Shown here: piece after piece, positions 29,726 to 38,387 of the stretch | Layout of the letters: each line of letters begins with the position of its first letter | Numbering within the stretch: the first letter of the stretch is position 1 | Origin: an uncultured Gammaproteobacteria bacterium | Lineage (GTDB): Bacteria > Pseudomonadota > Gammaproteobacteria > Steroidobacterales > BM003 | NCBI GenBank assembly: GCA_963699835.1 | Contig: CAVOVJ010000012.1 | Span: 33,744-97,743 of the forward strand | Length of the DNA: 64,000 nt | Direction of reading: 5' to 3' | Translations under genes and position numbers: made by a program | The notes under the pieces: model-generated | What the model saw: only the letters and a program-made list of their open reading frames with translations | Told to the model about the DNA's origin: nothing | Database searches by the model: none

Positions 29726-31386
29726 CGGAACAAACGTCTGGCTTCCCGGCAAGGACAGGCAACGGTGCGGCGCGCGTCGTTGCGCTGGCCGAACGCAGCC
29801 GGGCAGAGGTAACACCGACCTCGATTGTGACTTTTCTCTCGCGCGGGCGGCTGCTGATAGTTGGCGCCGAGGACATCGCCGAACCTATCGCGAAAGAGCT
29901 TGCGGGCAGCCTGCACTGCGCTGTGCTGGCGCCGGCCGCGGAGGGAATCGTCGCGGTCAGTGAGCACGAGAACGTCCAGGTTGCGCGTTTCGACTCGCCG
30001 CAGGTCAGCGGCAGCCTTGGACAATTCGATGTGACCGTCGCAGTGGGCGGTCAGCGCAAGCCGTTGGTGGCATTGTTGCCGCGCGCGGGTGACTGTTTCG
30101 ATCTCGTGCTTGACCTCGGCGTGCCGCCGCTTCTCTCCCATGAGGTGCTTCCGCTCGGATACTACGCGCCGGGCGATGATCCTGGAGCGTTGCAGACCGT
30201 CCTCGCTACGTTGCCGGATATGCGCGGCGAATTCGAAAAACCCAAGTTCTTTGTCTATGACGCTGACATCTGTGCTCATGGCAGCAGCGGAATCGGCGGA
30301 TGTACCCGGTGCATTGATGCGTGCCCGACGCTTGCGATTTCTTCGCTGGGTGACACCGTCGAGGTCAATCCAAATCTGTGCCAGGGCGGTGGCAGTTGCG
30401 TATCCGCCTGCCCCAGCGGCGCCATGCGTTACGCCTATCCCAGCGTCAGCGACCTGCTCGCCTACATCAGAACGCTGATCCGGACCTACCGGGAGGCGGG
30501 CGGCGAAAACCCCTGCATCGTGTTTTATGATGAGACATCCGAGGCGGCGGTTGATGCGTGTTTGCGTAACGGGGGTAGTGAAAACCTGTTGCCGGTCCGG
30601 CTGGAGGAGATCGGTTCGGTCGGAATGGATGCATGGTTGACCTGCCTCGCCTACGGAGCGGGTTCCGTGGTGCTGGCAGTCAGTGCGGATACGCCGCCGC
30701 GGGTGCAGCGCGAACTTCGCGAGCAGGAGGGGTTTGTCAGACCGATAGTCGATGCCCTGGGATTTCAGGAAAACAGCCTGCTGCTGGTGTCGGCTGACGC
30801 TGAAGGAATGGCAATCCTGGGGCGCGAGCTGCCGGAGTCGCCCGTGTCGCGGCCGGCGGCATTCGCAGCCCCGGATGAGAAACGTACCCTGATTAGGCTT
30901 GCCATCGACCACCTCTCGGCACAGGCAGGCACTCAGCGCAAACAGGTCAAGCTGCCGGCGGGAGCGCCGTTTGGCGAAATTCGGGTAGACCGCGACGCCT
31001 GCACATTGTGCATGGGTTGTGTCGACGTCTGTCCGGTAAATGCGTTGCGCGATGGCGCCGGGTTGCCGCAGTTGAATTTTGCCGAGGCAAGTTGCGTGCA
31101 GTGCGGCCTGTGTGAAAAAGCCTGTCCCGAGCACGCTATCACCAGGGCGCCAAGATTCCTGTTTGATAGCGAGGCCAGACACAAGCCGCGAATCCTCAAT
31201 GAAGAGCAGCCCTTTTGTTGTGTTACCTGCGGCAAGCCTTTTGCGACCCGGTCCATGCTCGATGCCATGCAGAAGAAGCTCGAAGGGCACTGGATGTTTC
31301 AAACCGACGAGTCGCGGCGGCGGCTGCAGATGTGCGAGAACTGCCGCGTGAAAGACATGTTTTCCGGCGAGGCCGGGAACGCATGA
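29722..31386 (+). CDS. multi-cluster 4Fe-4S ferredoxin-domain protein
   Basis: Four cluster motifs: CTRCIDACP, CQGGGSCVSACP, CTLCMGCVDVCP, CVQCGLCEKACP. 554 aa. Confidence 0.8.
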   Translation: MTEQTSGFPARTGNGAARVVALAERSRAEVTPTSIVTFLSRGRLLIVGAEDIAEPIAKELAGSLHCAVLAPAAEGIVAVSEHENVQVARFDSPQVSGSLGQFDVTVAVGGQRKPLVALLPRAGDCFDLVLDLGVPPLLSHEVLPLGYYAPGDDPGALQTVLATLPDMRGEFEKPKFFVYDADICAHGSSGIGGCTRCIDACPTLAISSLGDTVEVNPNLCQGGGSCVSACPSGAMRYAYPSVSDLLAYIRTLIRTYREAGGENPCIVFYDETSEAAVDACLRNGGSENLLPVRLEEIGSVGMDAWLTCLAYGAGSVVLAVSADTPPRVQRELREQEGFVRPIVDALGFQENSLLLVSADAEGMAILGRELPESPVSRPAAFAAPDEKRTLIRLAIDHLSAQAGTQRKQVKLPAGAPFGEIRVDRDACTLCMGCVDVCPVNALRDGAGLPQLNFAEASCVQCGLCEKACPEHAITRAPRFLFDSEARHKPRILNEEQPFCCVTCGKPFATRSMLDAMQKKLEGHWMFQTDESRRRLQMCENCRVKDMFSGEAGNA

Positions 31387-31410
31387 TATCGTCCGATCGA
31401 GTGGCCATTA

Positions 31411-31437
31411 TGGGACATGAGTGGAAAAAATGTCACA
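31411..31437 (+). promoter_or_regulatory. candidate upstream activator site (imperfect inverted repeat TGGGACAT-N11-ATGTCACA)
   Basis: 7 of 8 positions complementary. Centre lies ~85 bp upstream of the -24 element, a typical distance for an enhancer-binding protein. Confidence 0.3.
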
Positions 31438-31506
31438 TCACGCAAGATAATGGCACTTTAGGACGGAGTATTGGTTATTATTTATCCGTTTTTTCCTTTG
31501 AGACGT

Positions 31507-31522
31507 GGCCTGTTTTTTGCTT
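31507..31522 (+). promoter_or_regulatory. sigma-54 (-24/-12) promoter of the formate dehydrogenase operon
   Basis: TGGCCTGTTTTTTGCT versus consensus TGGCACG-N4-TTGCW. GG and GC are separated by exactly 10 nt. 31 nt upstream of the ATG at 31553, which has a GAGG RBS. Confidence 0.6.
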
Positions 31523-31552
31523 TGTTAGGTAATATGGTTACCCGAGGCATCA

Positions 31553-32215
31553 ATGACTGAAGTGTCATTTACAGATTCCGGATTTTCCGAACCGCATGCG
31601 GCGGTGGTGTCCGGCGAGGATCGGCTGAGGGCCAACACCTACAGCCTGTTGGGCGCGCTGCTCGCGGCGCCGCCCGGCGCCGCTCTGCTGGAGACACTGA
31701 GCGAAATTGATGCCGAAGAGGGCGAAGCCTCCAGTTTGCTCGCCGCCGCCTGGGGGATGCTCAAGGGTGCGGCGTCGCGGGCCGAAGGTGATTTGCTCGA
31801 CGACGAGTATCACGAGTTGTTCATCGGTGTGGGACGAGGCGAACTGGTCCCGTATGGATCCTGGTACCTGACCGGATTCCTAATGGAGCAGCCGCTTGCT
31901 CAATTGCGCTCGGATCTTGATGCGCTGGGACTCGGGCGCAAGAAGGACGTTGCAGAACCCGAGGATCATGCGGCGGCGCTGTGCGAGGCGATGTCACTCA
32001 TCGTGGCCTGTGCAGCGGAAAGCGATTCTCAACTCCAGGCAGAATTCTTTACCCGGCACATCCAGCCCTGGATGGGCCGTTTTTTCAGAGATTTGCAGCA
32101 AGCCGAAGCGGCGCGGTTTTATCGCGCGGTCGGCCAGTTGGGCGAGCAGTTTATTGAGGTGGAATCGCAGTATCTCGCGATGGCCGCCCCGCGGCTCGAT
32201 GGCAGCCGGAATTAG
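31553..32215 (+). CDS. TorD/DmsD-family redox enzyme maturation chaperone
   Basis: ...DDEYHELFIGVGRGELVPYGSWYLTGF...EPEDHAAALCEAM... family pattern. 220 aa. Confidence 0.8.
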   Translation: MTEVSFTDSGFSEPHAAVVSGEDRLRANTYSLLGALLAAPPGAALLETLSEIDAEEGEASSLLAAAWGMLKGAASRAEGDLLDDEYHELFIGVGRGELVPYGSWYLTGFLMEQPLAQLRSDLDALGLGRKKDVAEPEDHAAALCEAMSLIVACAAESDSQLQAEFFTRHIQPWMGRFFRDLQQAEAARFYRAVGQLGEQFIEVESQYLAMAAPRLDGSRN

Positions 32216-32269
32216 TCGGGCTGAGTCGATTTGATAACCCAGAGTGTGTAGTTCGGGAGGAAGAGGGAA

Positions 32270-32479
32270 ATGACCGAGGCGAAAAAAACTGAGCGGAACG
32301 ACCGTCGCAAGTTTCTCAAGGATATTGCGGTCGCTGGTGGTGCGACTGCAGCCGTTATTGTGACCGGCAGCGCGCAAGCCGAAGAGATCGACGCGGGCGC
32401 TGACGGCGTCACACCCGCCGACCCGGGCTACAAGGTCACAACTCACGTTGAGACCTACTACAAGAAAGCGCGTTTTTGA
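32270..32479 (+). CDS. small twin-arginine signal protein of formate dehydrogenase regions
   Basis: NDRRKFLKDIAVAGGATAAVIVTGSAQA Tat signal. 69 aa. Directly upstream of the catalytic subunit. Confidence 0.75.
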   Translation: MTEAKKTERNDRRKFLKDIAVAGGATAAVIVTGSAQAEEIDAGADGVTPADPGYKVTTHVETYYKKARF

Positions 32480-32540
32480 CGGATAACAGCAAACGCGAAG
32501 CATCACCAGAAATTTCCAGCACAATTTCGAGGGAACAGCG

Positions 32541-35423
32541 ATGAAGCTGATCAAAAAGAGAGATCTGACCGGGCAAGAGGCGAAGCATGCGCTTTCCGGT
32601 GTGCTCGGCAGCGCGGTAGACCGGAGAACGTTTCTGAGCCGCACTGGCCTGGCGTTGGGTGGCGGAGCCGTGGCGGGCGCATTGCCGACATCGATGATTA
32701 GTCGCGCGGAGGCGAAAGCGGAGGCAGCGACCGGCAAGATATCGACGAAACGTTCGGTATGTACCCACTGCTCGGTCGGCTGCGGCGTCATTGCCGAAGT
32801 GCAGAATGGTGTCTGGGTCGCCCAGGAGCCGGATTTCGACTCACCGTTCAATCTGGGTGGTCACTGCGCCAAGGGTGCGTCCGTGCGCGAGCATGGCCAC
32901 GGCGAGCGGCGCCTGAAATACCCGATGAAAAAGGTCGCCGGCAAGTGGAAAAAGATCTCCTGGGACGAGGCGATCGATGAAATTGGTGATCAGCTGCTCG
33001 CGATTCGCGAAAAATCAGGGCCTGATTCGGTGTACTGGCTTGGTTCCGCCAAGTTCAACAACGAGCAGGCCTATCTGTATCGCAAGTTTGCCGCGATGTG
33101 GGGTACGAATAACGTCGACCATCAGGCGCGTATCTGTCATTCGACGACGGTAGCAGGGGTGGCGAACACCTGGGGCTACGGTGCGATGACCAACTCCTAC
33201 AACGACATGCATAACTGCAAGTCGATGTTCTTTATCGGCAGCAACGCGGCGGAGGCTCATCCGGTCGCGATGCAGCACATACTTCGCGGTAAGGAAAATG
33301 GGGCCAAGTTCATCGTTGCGGATCCGCGGTACACCCGCACGGCAGCGCATTCGGACCAGCATCTGCGGCTGCGTCCTGGCACGGACGTGCCGCTTATTTA
33401 CGGATTGCTGTGGCACATTTTCGAAAATGACTGGCAGGACGACGAGTACATCCGGCAGCGTGTCTGGGGTATGGACCAAGTGCGTGCCGAAGTCGCTAAC
33501 TGGACGCCCGACGTTGTCGAAGACGTAACCGGAATTCCTGGCGACGAGGTTCGTGAAGCCGCCAAGACCATGGCCGAGAACCGTCCTGGCACTATCGTCT
33601 GGTGCATGGGTGGAACCCAGCACACGATTGGCAACAACAACACACGTGCCTACTGCATCCTGCAGCTTGCCCTTGGCAACGTCGGCAAGTCGGGCGGCGG
33701 CGCCAATATTTTCCGTGGTCATGACAACGTCCAGGGCGCAACCGATTTCGGTGTGCTGGCTGATACGCTGCCGGGCTACTACGGCTTGGCTGACGGTTCG
33801 TGGCAGCACTGGAGTCGTGTCTGGGACCTCGACTACGAATGGGTCAAGAGCCGTTTTGACCAGGGTAGCTACGAAGAAGGCGGCAAAGAAGTCAAGGCAA
33901 TGAACCTGCGCGGTATTACGGTGTCGCGCTGGATCGACGGCATTCTCGAAGACCCGGCGAACATCGCGCAGAAAGACAACCTGCGGGCAATGTTCCTGTG
34001 GGGTCACGCGCCGAACAGCCAAACCCGCGGTCCAGAGCAGAAGAAGGCGATGGAAAAAGTCGACCTGCTCGTTGTTGTGGATCCGGTGCCGACGGTTACC
34101 GCGGTACTTCCCGACAGGGACGATAATATCTACCTGCTGCCGTGTACGACGCAATTCGAAACCTACGGTTCGGTTACCGCCTCGAACCGGTCCCTGCAGT
34201 GGCGTGAGAAAGTGATCGATCCGTTGTTCGAGTCGCTGCCCGATCACGTCATCATGTACAAATTGGCGAAGAAACTCGGTTTCGATCAACAGTTGTTCAA
34301 GAACATCAAGGTGAACGGTGAAGAGCCGCTGATCGAGGACATCACGCGCGAGTGGAACCGCGGCATGTGGACAGTCGGTTACACCGGGCAGAGTCCGGAA
34401 CGTATGAAGCTGCACATGGAAAACAAACATACCTTCAACACCACTACGCTGAAGGCCGAGGGAGGTCCCGCGGACGGCGACTACTATGGGTTGCCGTGGC
34501 CGTGCTGGGGCACTGCGGAAATGAAGCACCCGGGCACGCCCAATCTTTATGACACCAGCAAGAGTGTTGCCGATGGCGGGCTGAATTTCCGCGCCCGTTT
34601 CGGCGTTGAGCGCGACGGCGAGAGCCTGCTTGCGGATGGCTCTTACAGCAAGGGCGCTGAAATCCAGGACGGTTATCCTGAGTTCACTGCCGACATGCTG
34701 AAGCAGCTCGGATGGTGGGATGATCTCACCGCTGACGAGAAAGCCGCGGCTGAGGGCAAAAACTGGAAAACCGATTTATCGGGTGGGATTCAGCGGGTTG
34801 CTATCAAGCATGGCTGCGCACCTTTCGGCAATGCCAAGGCGCGTGCGGTGGTCTGGACTTTCCCCGATCCGGTACCGATTCATCGAGAGCCGCTCTACAC
34901 CAGCCGCCATGATCTGGTGGCGAAGTACCCGACTTACGAGGATCGCAAACGATTCTGGCGTCTGCCGACACGCTACCAGTCGATCCAGGAGAAAGACTAT
35001 TCCGGTGACTACCCGCTGGTGCATACCTCGGGACGCCTTGTCGAGTATGAAGGCGGCGGTGAAGAGTCGCGCTCGAATCCGTGGCTGGCTGAATTGCAGC
35101 AGGACATGTTCGCCGAAATTCATCCGGGCGATGCCAACGACAACGGTATCAAGGACGGCCAGTGGATCTGGCTGGAGGGCCCGGAGGGCGGCAAGATCAA
35201 GGTCAAGGCAATGGTGACCCGGCGTGTCGGACGCGGTGTGGTCTGGACCCCTTATCACTTCGGTGGCTGGTTCGAGGGCAAGGATCTTATCGACAAGTAC
35301 CCGGAAGGTGCAAACCCGTACGTACGCGGTGATTCGGCCAACACGGCTTTCACTTATGGCTATGACTCGGTGACTGCGATGCAGGAAACCAAGGCCAGCC
35401 TCTGCAAGATCATGCCGGCCTAG
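32541..35423 (+). CDS. fdhA: formate dehydrogenase catalytic (alpha) subunit, Mo/W-bisPGD, Tat-exported, Cys-type
   Basis: Tat signal VDRRTFLSRTGLALGGGA, N-terminal FeS motif CTHCSVGCGV...GGHCAKG, active-site region HQARICHSTTVAG (Cys where FdnG has Sec). 960 aa. Confidence 0.95.
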   Translation: MKLIKKRDLTGQEAKHALSGVLGSAVDRRTFLSRTGLALGGGAVAGALPTSMISRAEAKAEAATGKISTKRSVCTHCSVGCGVIAEVQNGVWVAQEPDFDSPFNLGGHCAKGASVREHGHGERRLKYPMKKVAGKWKKISWDEAIDEIGDQLLAIREKSGPDSVYWLGSAKFNNEQAYLYRKFAAMWGTNNVDHQARICHSTTVAGVANTWGYGAMTNSYNDMHNCKSMFFIGSNAAEAHPVAMQHILRGKENGAKFIVADPRYTRTAAHSDQHLRLRPGTDVPLIYGLLWHIFENDWQDDEYIRQRVWGMDQVRAEVANWTPDVVEDVTGIPGDEVREAAKTMAENRPGTIVWCMGGTQHTIGNNNTRAYCILQLALGNVGKSGGGANIFRGHDNVQGATDFGVLADTLPGYYGLADGSWQHWSRVWDLDYEWVKSRFDQGSYEEGGKEVKAMNLRGITVSRWIDGILEDPANIAQKDNLRAMFLWGHAPNSQTRGPEQKKAMEKVDLLVVVDPVPTVTAVLPDRDDNIYLLPCTTQFETYGSVTASNRSLQWREKVIDPLFESLPDHVIMYKLAKKLGFDQQLFKNIKVNGEEPLIEDITREWNRGMWTVGYTGQSPERMKLHMENKHTFNTTTLKAEGGPADGDYYGLPWPCWGTAEMKHPGTPNLYDTSKSVADGGLNFRARFGVERDGESLLADGSYSKGAEIQDGYPEFTADMLKQLGWWDDLTADEKAAAEGKNWKTDLSGGIQRVAIKHGCAPFGNAKARAVVWTFPDPVPIHREPLYTSRHDLVAKYPTYEDRKRFWRLPTRYQSIQEKDYSGDYPLVHTSGRLVEYEGGGEESRSNPWLAELQQDMFAEIHPGDANDNGIKDGQWIWLEGPEGGKIKVKAMVTRRVGRGVVWTPYHFGGWFEGKDLIDKYPEGANPYVRGDSANTAFTYGYDSVTAMQETKASLCKIMPA

Positions 35424-35436
35424 GAGGGTATCAACC

Positions 35437-36030
35437 ATGGCAAGAATGAAATTTCTTTGTGATGCCGAGCGCTGCATCGAGTGCAATGGCTGTGTAACGG
35501 CCTGTAAAAACGAGAACGAAGTTCCGTGGGGCGTTAACCGGCGCCGCGTGGTCACTCTCGACGACGGTGTGCCCGGGGAAAAATCGATCTCGGTGGCCTG
35601 CATGCATTGCACCGATGCGCCGTGTGCCGCGGTGTGTCCGGTGGATTGCTTTACCACGACCGATGACGGGGTGGTGCTGCATGACAAGGACCTCTGTATC
35701 GGTTGCGGGTATTGCTTTTATGCCTGCCCGTTCGGTGCGCCGCAGTTTCCGCAGCAGGAGGCATTCGGCGTTCGCGGTAAAATGGACAAATGCACGTTCT
35801 GCGCCGGCGGACCCGGCGAGGAAGCGAATTCGGCCGCCGAGCGCAGCAAATACGGACGCAACCGGTTGGCGGAGGGCAAGCTGCCTCTGTGCGCCGAGAT
35901 GTGCGCGACCAAGGCACTGATCGCAGGCGATGGCGATCAGGTGGCTGACATCTATCGTGAGCGCATTATGAAACGCGGTGGGCGTCCTCAGACCTGGGGC
36001 TGGGATACCGCCTACAAGAAAGACGTCTGA
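35437..36030 (+). CDS. fdhB: formate dehydrogenase iron-sulfur (beta) subunit
   Basis: Four ferredoxin-type Cys groups: CIECNGCVTAC, CMHCTDAPCAAVCP, CIGCGYCFYACP, CTFC...LCAEMC. Confidence 0.9.
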   Translation: MARMKFLCDAERCIECNGCVTACKNENEVPWGVNRRRVVTLDDGVPGEKSISVACMHCTDAPCAAVCPVDCFTTTDDGVVLHDKDLCIGCGYCFYACPFGAPQFPQQEAFGVRGKMDKCTFCAGGPGEEANSAAERSKYGRNRLAEGKLPLCAEMCATKALIAGDGDQVADIYRERIMKRGGRPQTWGWDTAYKKDV

Positions 36031-36086
36031 GCAAAGGGTGCGGAGCTTATGCCAACGGTCATCTCAGTAATGTCAAGGGGGCAGCA

Positions 36087-36272
36087 ATGCCGAGCATGAC
36101 GAAGGCCCTTTCGCTCCTTGCGGTGATTTTGGCCATCACGGGTTGTTATGACGAGCCCGTGATGGTCTCACTGCACGAGCCGGGAGTTTACAAGGGAGGC
36201 GATGTCGTAAGCCTGAGTTCTGAACAGGAAAACGAGATCGCGGAACGCTTCGAAAAACAAGGCGACAGATAG
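36087..36272 (+). CDS. small lipoprotein (61 aa)
   Basis: Lipobox LAVILAITGC, purine-rich RBS. Embedded between fdhB and the gamma subunit. Confidence 0.5.
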   Translation: MPSMTKALSLLAVILAITGCYDEPVMVSLHEPGVYKGGDVVSLSSEQENEIAERFEKQGDR

Positions 36273-36389
36273 CGAGCGGGATTTGCCCGGAATGCTTCGA
36301 CGAACCTCTCCGGGCGAAGATTTCGTTTGCCGTCTGTCGCTCCGCGCAGACGCGGGGCACATCGAGGACTGACAGGAGGACCTGAGTCC

Positions 36390-37478
36390 ATGGTTGAGAA
36401 TACTGCAGACAGGCGCAGCTGGCGTCGGCGTATCATGATCCTGAGCGTGATGCTCATGTTCGGGGGGTCGATGGTGCTGCCGCTGACAGGGTATCTGCTG
36501 GTCGATAGCACGCAGGCCCAGAACACGTCGGCCGAAGAAAAAGACGCGGCGAGCGGTGATGATGTCAATCCGCGCGCTGAGTACTGGCGAGCGGTTCGCG
36601 AAGGGACGGCGGGCTATTCCGCGGTGACCGGACAGGAGGCGAATGTACTGATCCAGAACGGCGGTCAGAACTGGCGTGAGCTCCGTAATGGTCCGGTTGC
36701 CAATGTGGGTGCGTGGCTGATTCTGGGGATCATTGCCGCATTGCTGACCTATCACCTGATTACCGGCGGCTACAAAATGCCTACGAGAACAGGTCGTAAG
36801 GTATTTCGCTGGCCACTGATTGACCGCGTGCTCCACTGGACAATGGCAACACTGTTTATCATCCTGACGATTACCGGGCTGAGCATATTGTGGGGCCGTG
36901 CGGTAATGATTCCGCTGATAGGCAAGGAGGCTTTCGCTGCCTGGGCCCAGGTGGCGAAACCAATCCACGACTATCTCGCGGTGCCATTCGCGGTGTTTTT
37001 CGTGATTGCGCTCCTCAAATGGATGCATCACAACTGGCCCAAGGCCTATGACCTGAAGTGGATTCTCCAGGGCGGCGGTTATCTCGGCGGCGGACATCCG
37101 CCTGCGGGCTTTGCCAACGCCGGACACAAGATGCTGTACTGGACGCTCGTTTTCGCGGGCGGTGCCATGGTGGTGTCGGGGGTTTTCCTGTTGTTCCCGA
37201 ATCTCGGAACCGGCCGCGAGGGCATGCAACTCGCCAACCTGATCCACGGCATAACATCGCTCATTTGTATTGCGTTTATCTGTCTCCATATCTACCTCGC
37301 CACGATCGGCAGCGAGGGTTCCCTGGAAGGCATGCTCACCGGCTATATCGATGAGCAGTACGCAATAAACCACCATCCGCTGTGGTGGGAAGAAATCAAG
37401 GACCAGCAACACGGCGGCGCTTCCTCGCCGCATGGAGGAACACCGTCGGCGGCACCCGCGGCGCCACGACCTGACTGA
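36390..37478 (+). CDS. fdhC: formate dehydrogenase gamma subunit (di-heme cytochrome b, FdnI family) with N-terminal extension
   Basis: AGGAGG RBS before the ATG at 36390. ...RWPLIDRVLHWTMATLFIILTITG..., HKMLYWTLVFAGG, IHGITSLICIAFICLHIY TM/His pattern. Confidence 0.8.
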   Translation: MVENTADRRSWRRRIMILSVMLMFGGSMVLPLTGYLLVDSTQAQNTSAEEKDAASGDDVNPRAEYWRAVREGTAGYSAVTGQEANVLIQNGGQNWRELRNGPVANVGAWLILGIIAALLTYHLITGGYKMPTRTGRKVFRWPLIDRVLHWTMATLFIILTITGLSILWGRAVMIPLIGKEAFAAWAQVAKPIHDYLAVPFAVFFVIALLKWMHHNWPKAYDLKWILQGGGYLGGGHPPAGFANAGHKMLYWTLVFAGGAMVVSGVFLLFPNLGTGREGMQLANLIHGITSLICIAFICLHIYLATIGSEGSLEGMLTGYIDEQYAINHHPLWWEEIKDQQHGGASSPHGGTPSAAPAAPRPD

Positions 37479-37588
37479 CGTCGCAATGCTGATGTCCGTA
37501 TTGCAAAATGGAGCGGGGATGCGAAAGCGTCCCCGTTTCCGTTGCGTCTGCTGATTGCTGGCGATCGCCCGGTTCTTTGCTGTTACAC

Positions 37589-38383
37589 ATGAGTCCGCGG
37601 AAGTACTTCCTCGCCACTCTGGTCGCTGTGGTCATCGTAATGGTGCCGGTCCGGCATAGCGTGGCCGGTAACTCGGCTGCGGACGCCTGGGTGACCGCGC
37701 TCGACTCCGGAACGATGACTGCATTGAGCGAATTGCTCGCGCGGGGAGTCGACCCGAACATTGCCGCAGCAAATGGCAAGACTGCTCTGATGTTGGCATC
37801 ACAGCGCGGTGAGTCGGCTTTGGTTGCGGCACTGATCCGGGCCGGTGCCGACGTCAATGCGACCAACCACAATGGTGGCACAGCATTGATGTATGCGGCG
37901 ATGGTGAACGATCCCGAGGTGACGCGGCTATTGATCGGCGCTGGTGCGAAGGTCGATATCCGCGCCAAACTGGGGTGGACGGCACTGCTGGTTGCAGCGG
38001 TAAAGGGACACAGCGGGCCTGCGCGGCCACTGATCGAAGCGGGCGCCGACGTGAATGGGCAGGACGCCTACGGCTGGACCAGCCTGATGCGGGCGGTCCG
38101 CGGCGGCCATGCCGACCTGGTCGCGCTGCTGCTCGGCGTCGAGGGTATCAGTCTCGATACAGTTCAGGAATCGGGTTCGAGCGCGCTGCATATAGCCGCG
38201 GCTGGCGGGCACGCGCGACTCGCGGAGGTGCTTGTAGAGCATGGCGCCGCCACCCAACTGCGGGACATGGCGGGAAATACACCGGCTGACGTGGCGCGTG
38301 GCGCGGGATTCACCGAACTCGCCGCGACTCTTGCGAGCGGAAGTGGTGGGCCCGAGTCGGGTGCCGCCATGGAAACCACCTGA
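37589..38383 (+). CDS. ankyrin-repeat protein with signal peptide or membrane anchor
   Basis: MSPRKYFLATLVAVVIVMVPVRHSVAG, then at least 6 ANK repeats (GKTALMLASQRGESALVAALIRAGADVNA, GGTALMYAA..., GWTALLVAAVKGH..., GWTSLMRAVRGGH..., GSSALHIAAAGGH...). Confidence 0.85.
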   Translation: MSPRKYFLATLVAVVIVMVPVRHSVAGNSAADAWVTALDSGTMTALSELLARGVDPNIAAANGKTALMLASQRGESALVAALIRAGADVNATNHNGGTALMYAAMVNDPEVTRLLIGAGAKVDIRAKLGWTALLVAAVKGHSGPARPLIEAGADVNGQDAYGWTSLMRAVRGGHADLVALLLGVEGISLDTVQESGSSALHIAAAGGHARLAEVLVEHGAATQLRDMAGNTPADVARGAGFTELAATLASGSGGPESGAAMETT

Positions 38384-38387
38384 GGCG

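Noticed and set aside
29554-31302. A 582-aa minus-strand ORF, and similar long ORFs at 14609-15754, 33015-34529, 36168-37433, 60125-61192, 63049-63978 and 704-1588
   Set aside because: All lie antisense to, or out of frame with, genes that have unmistakable family sequence. Their translations are Arg/Ala/Gly/Pro-rich with no motifs. These are the typical shadow ORFs of GC-rich DNA.
33100-33140. A selenocysteine (in-frame TGA plus SECIS) in the formate dehydrogenase alpha subunit
   Set aside because: The ORF is uninterrupted, and the active-site position reads Cys (HQARICHSTTV). This is a Cys-type enzyme.
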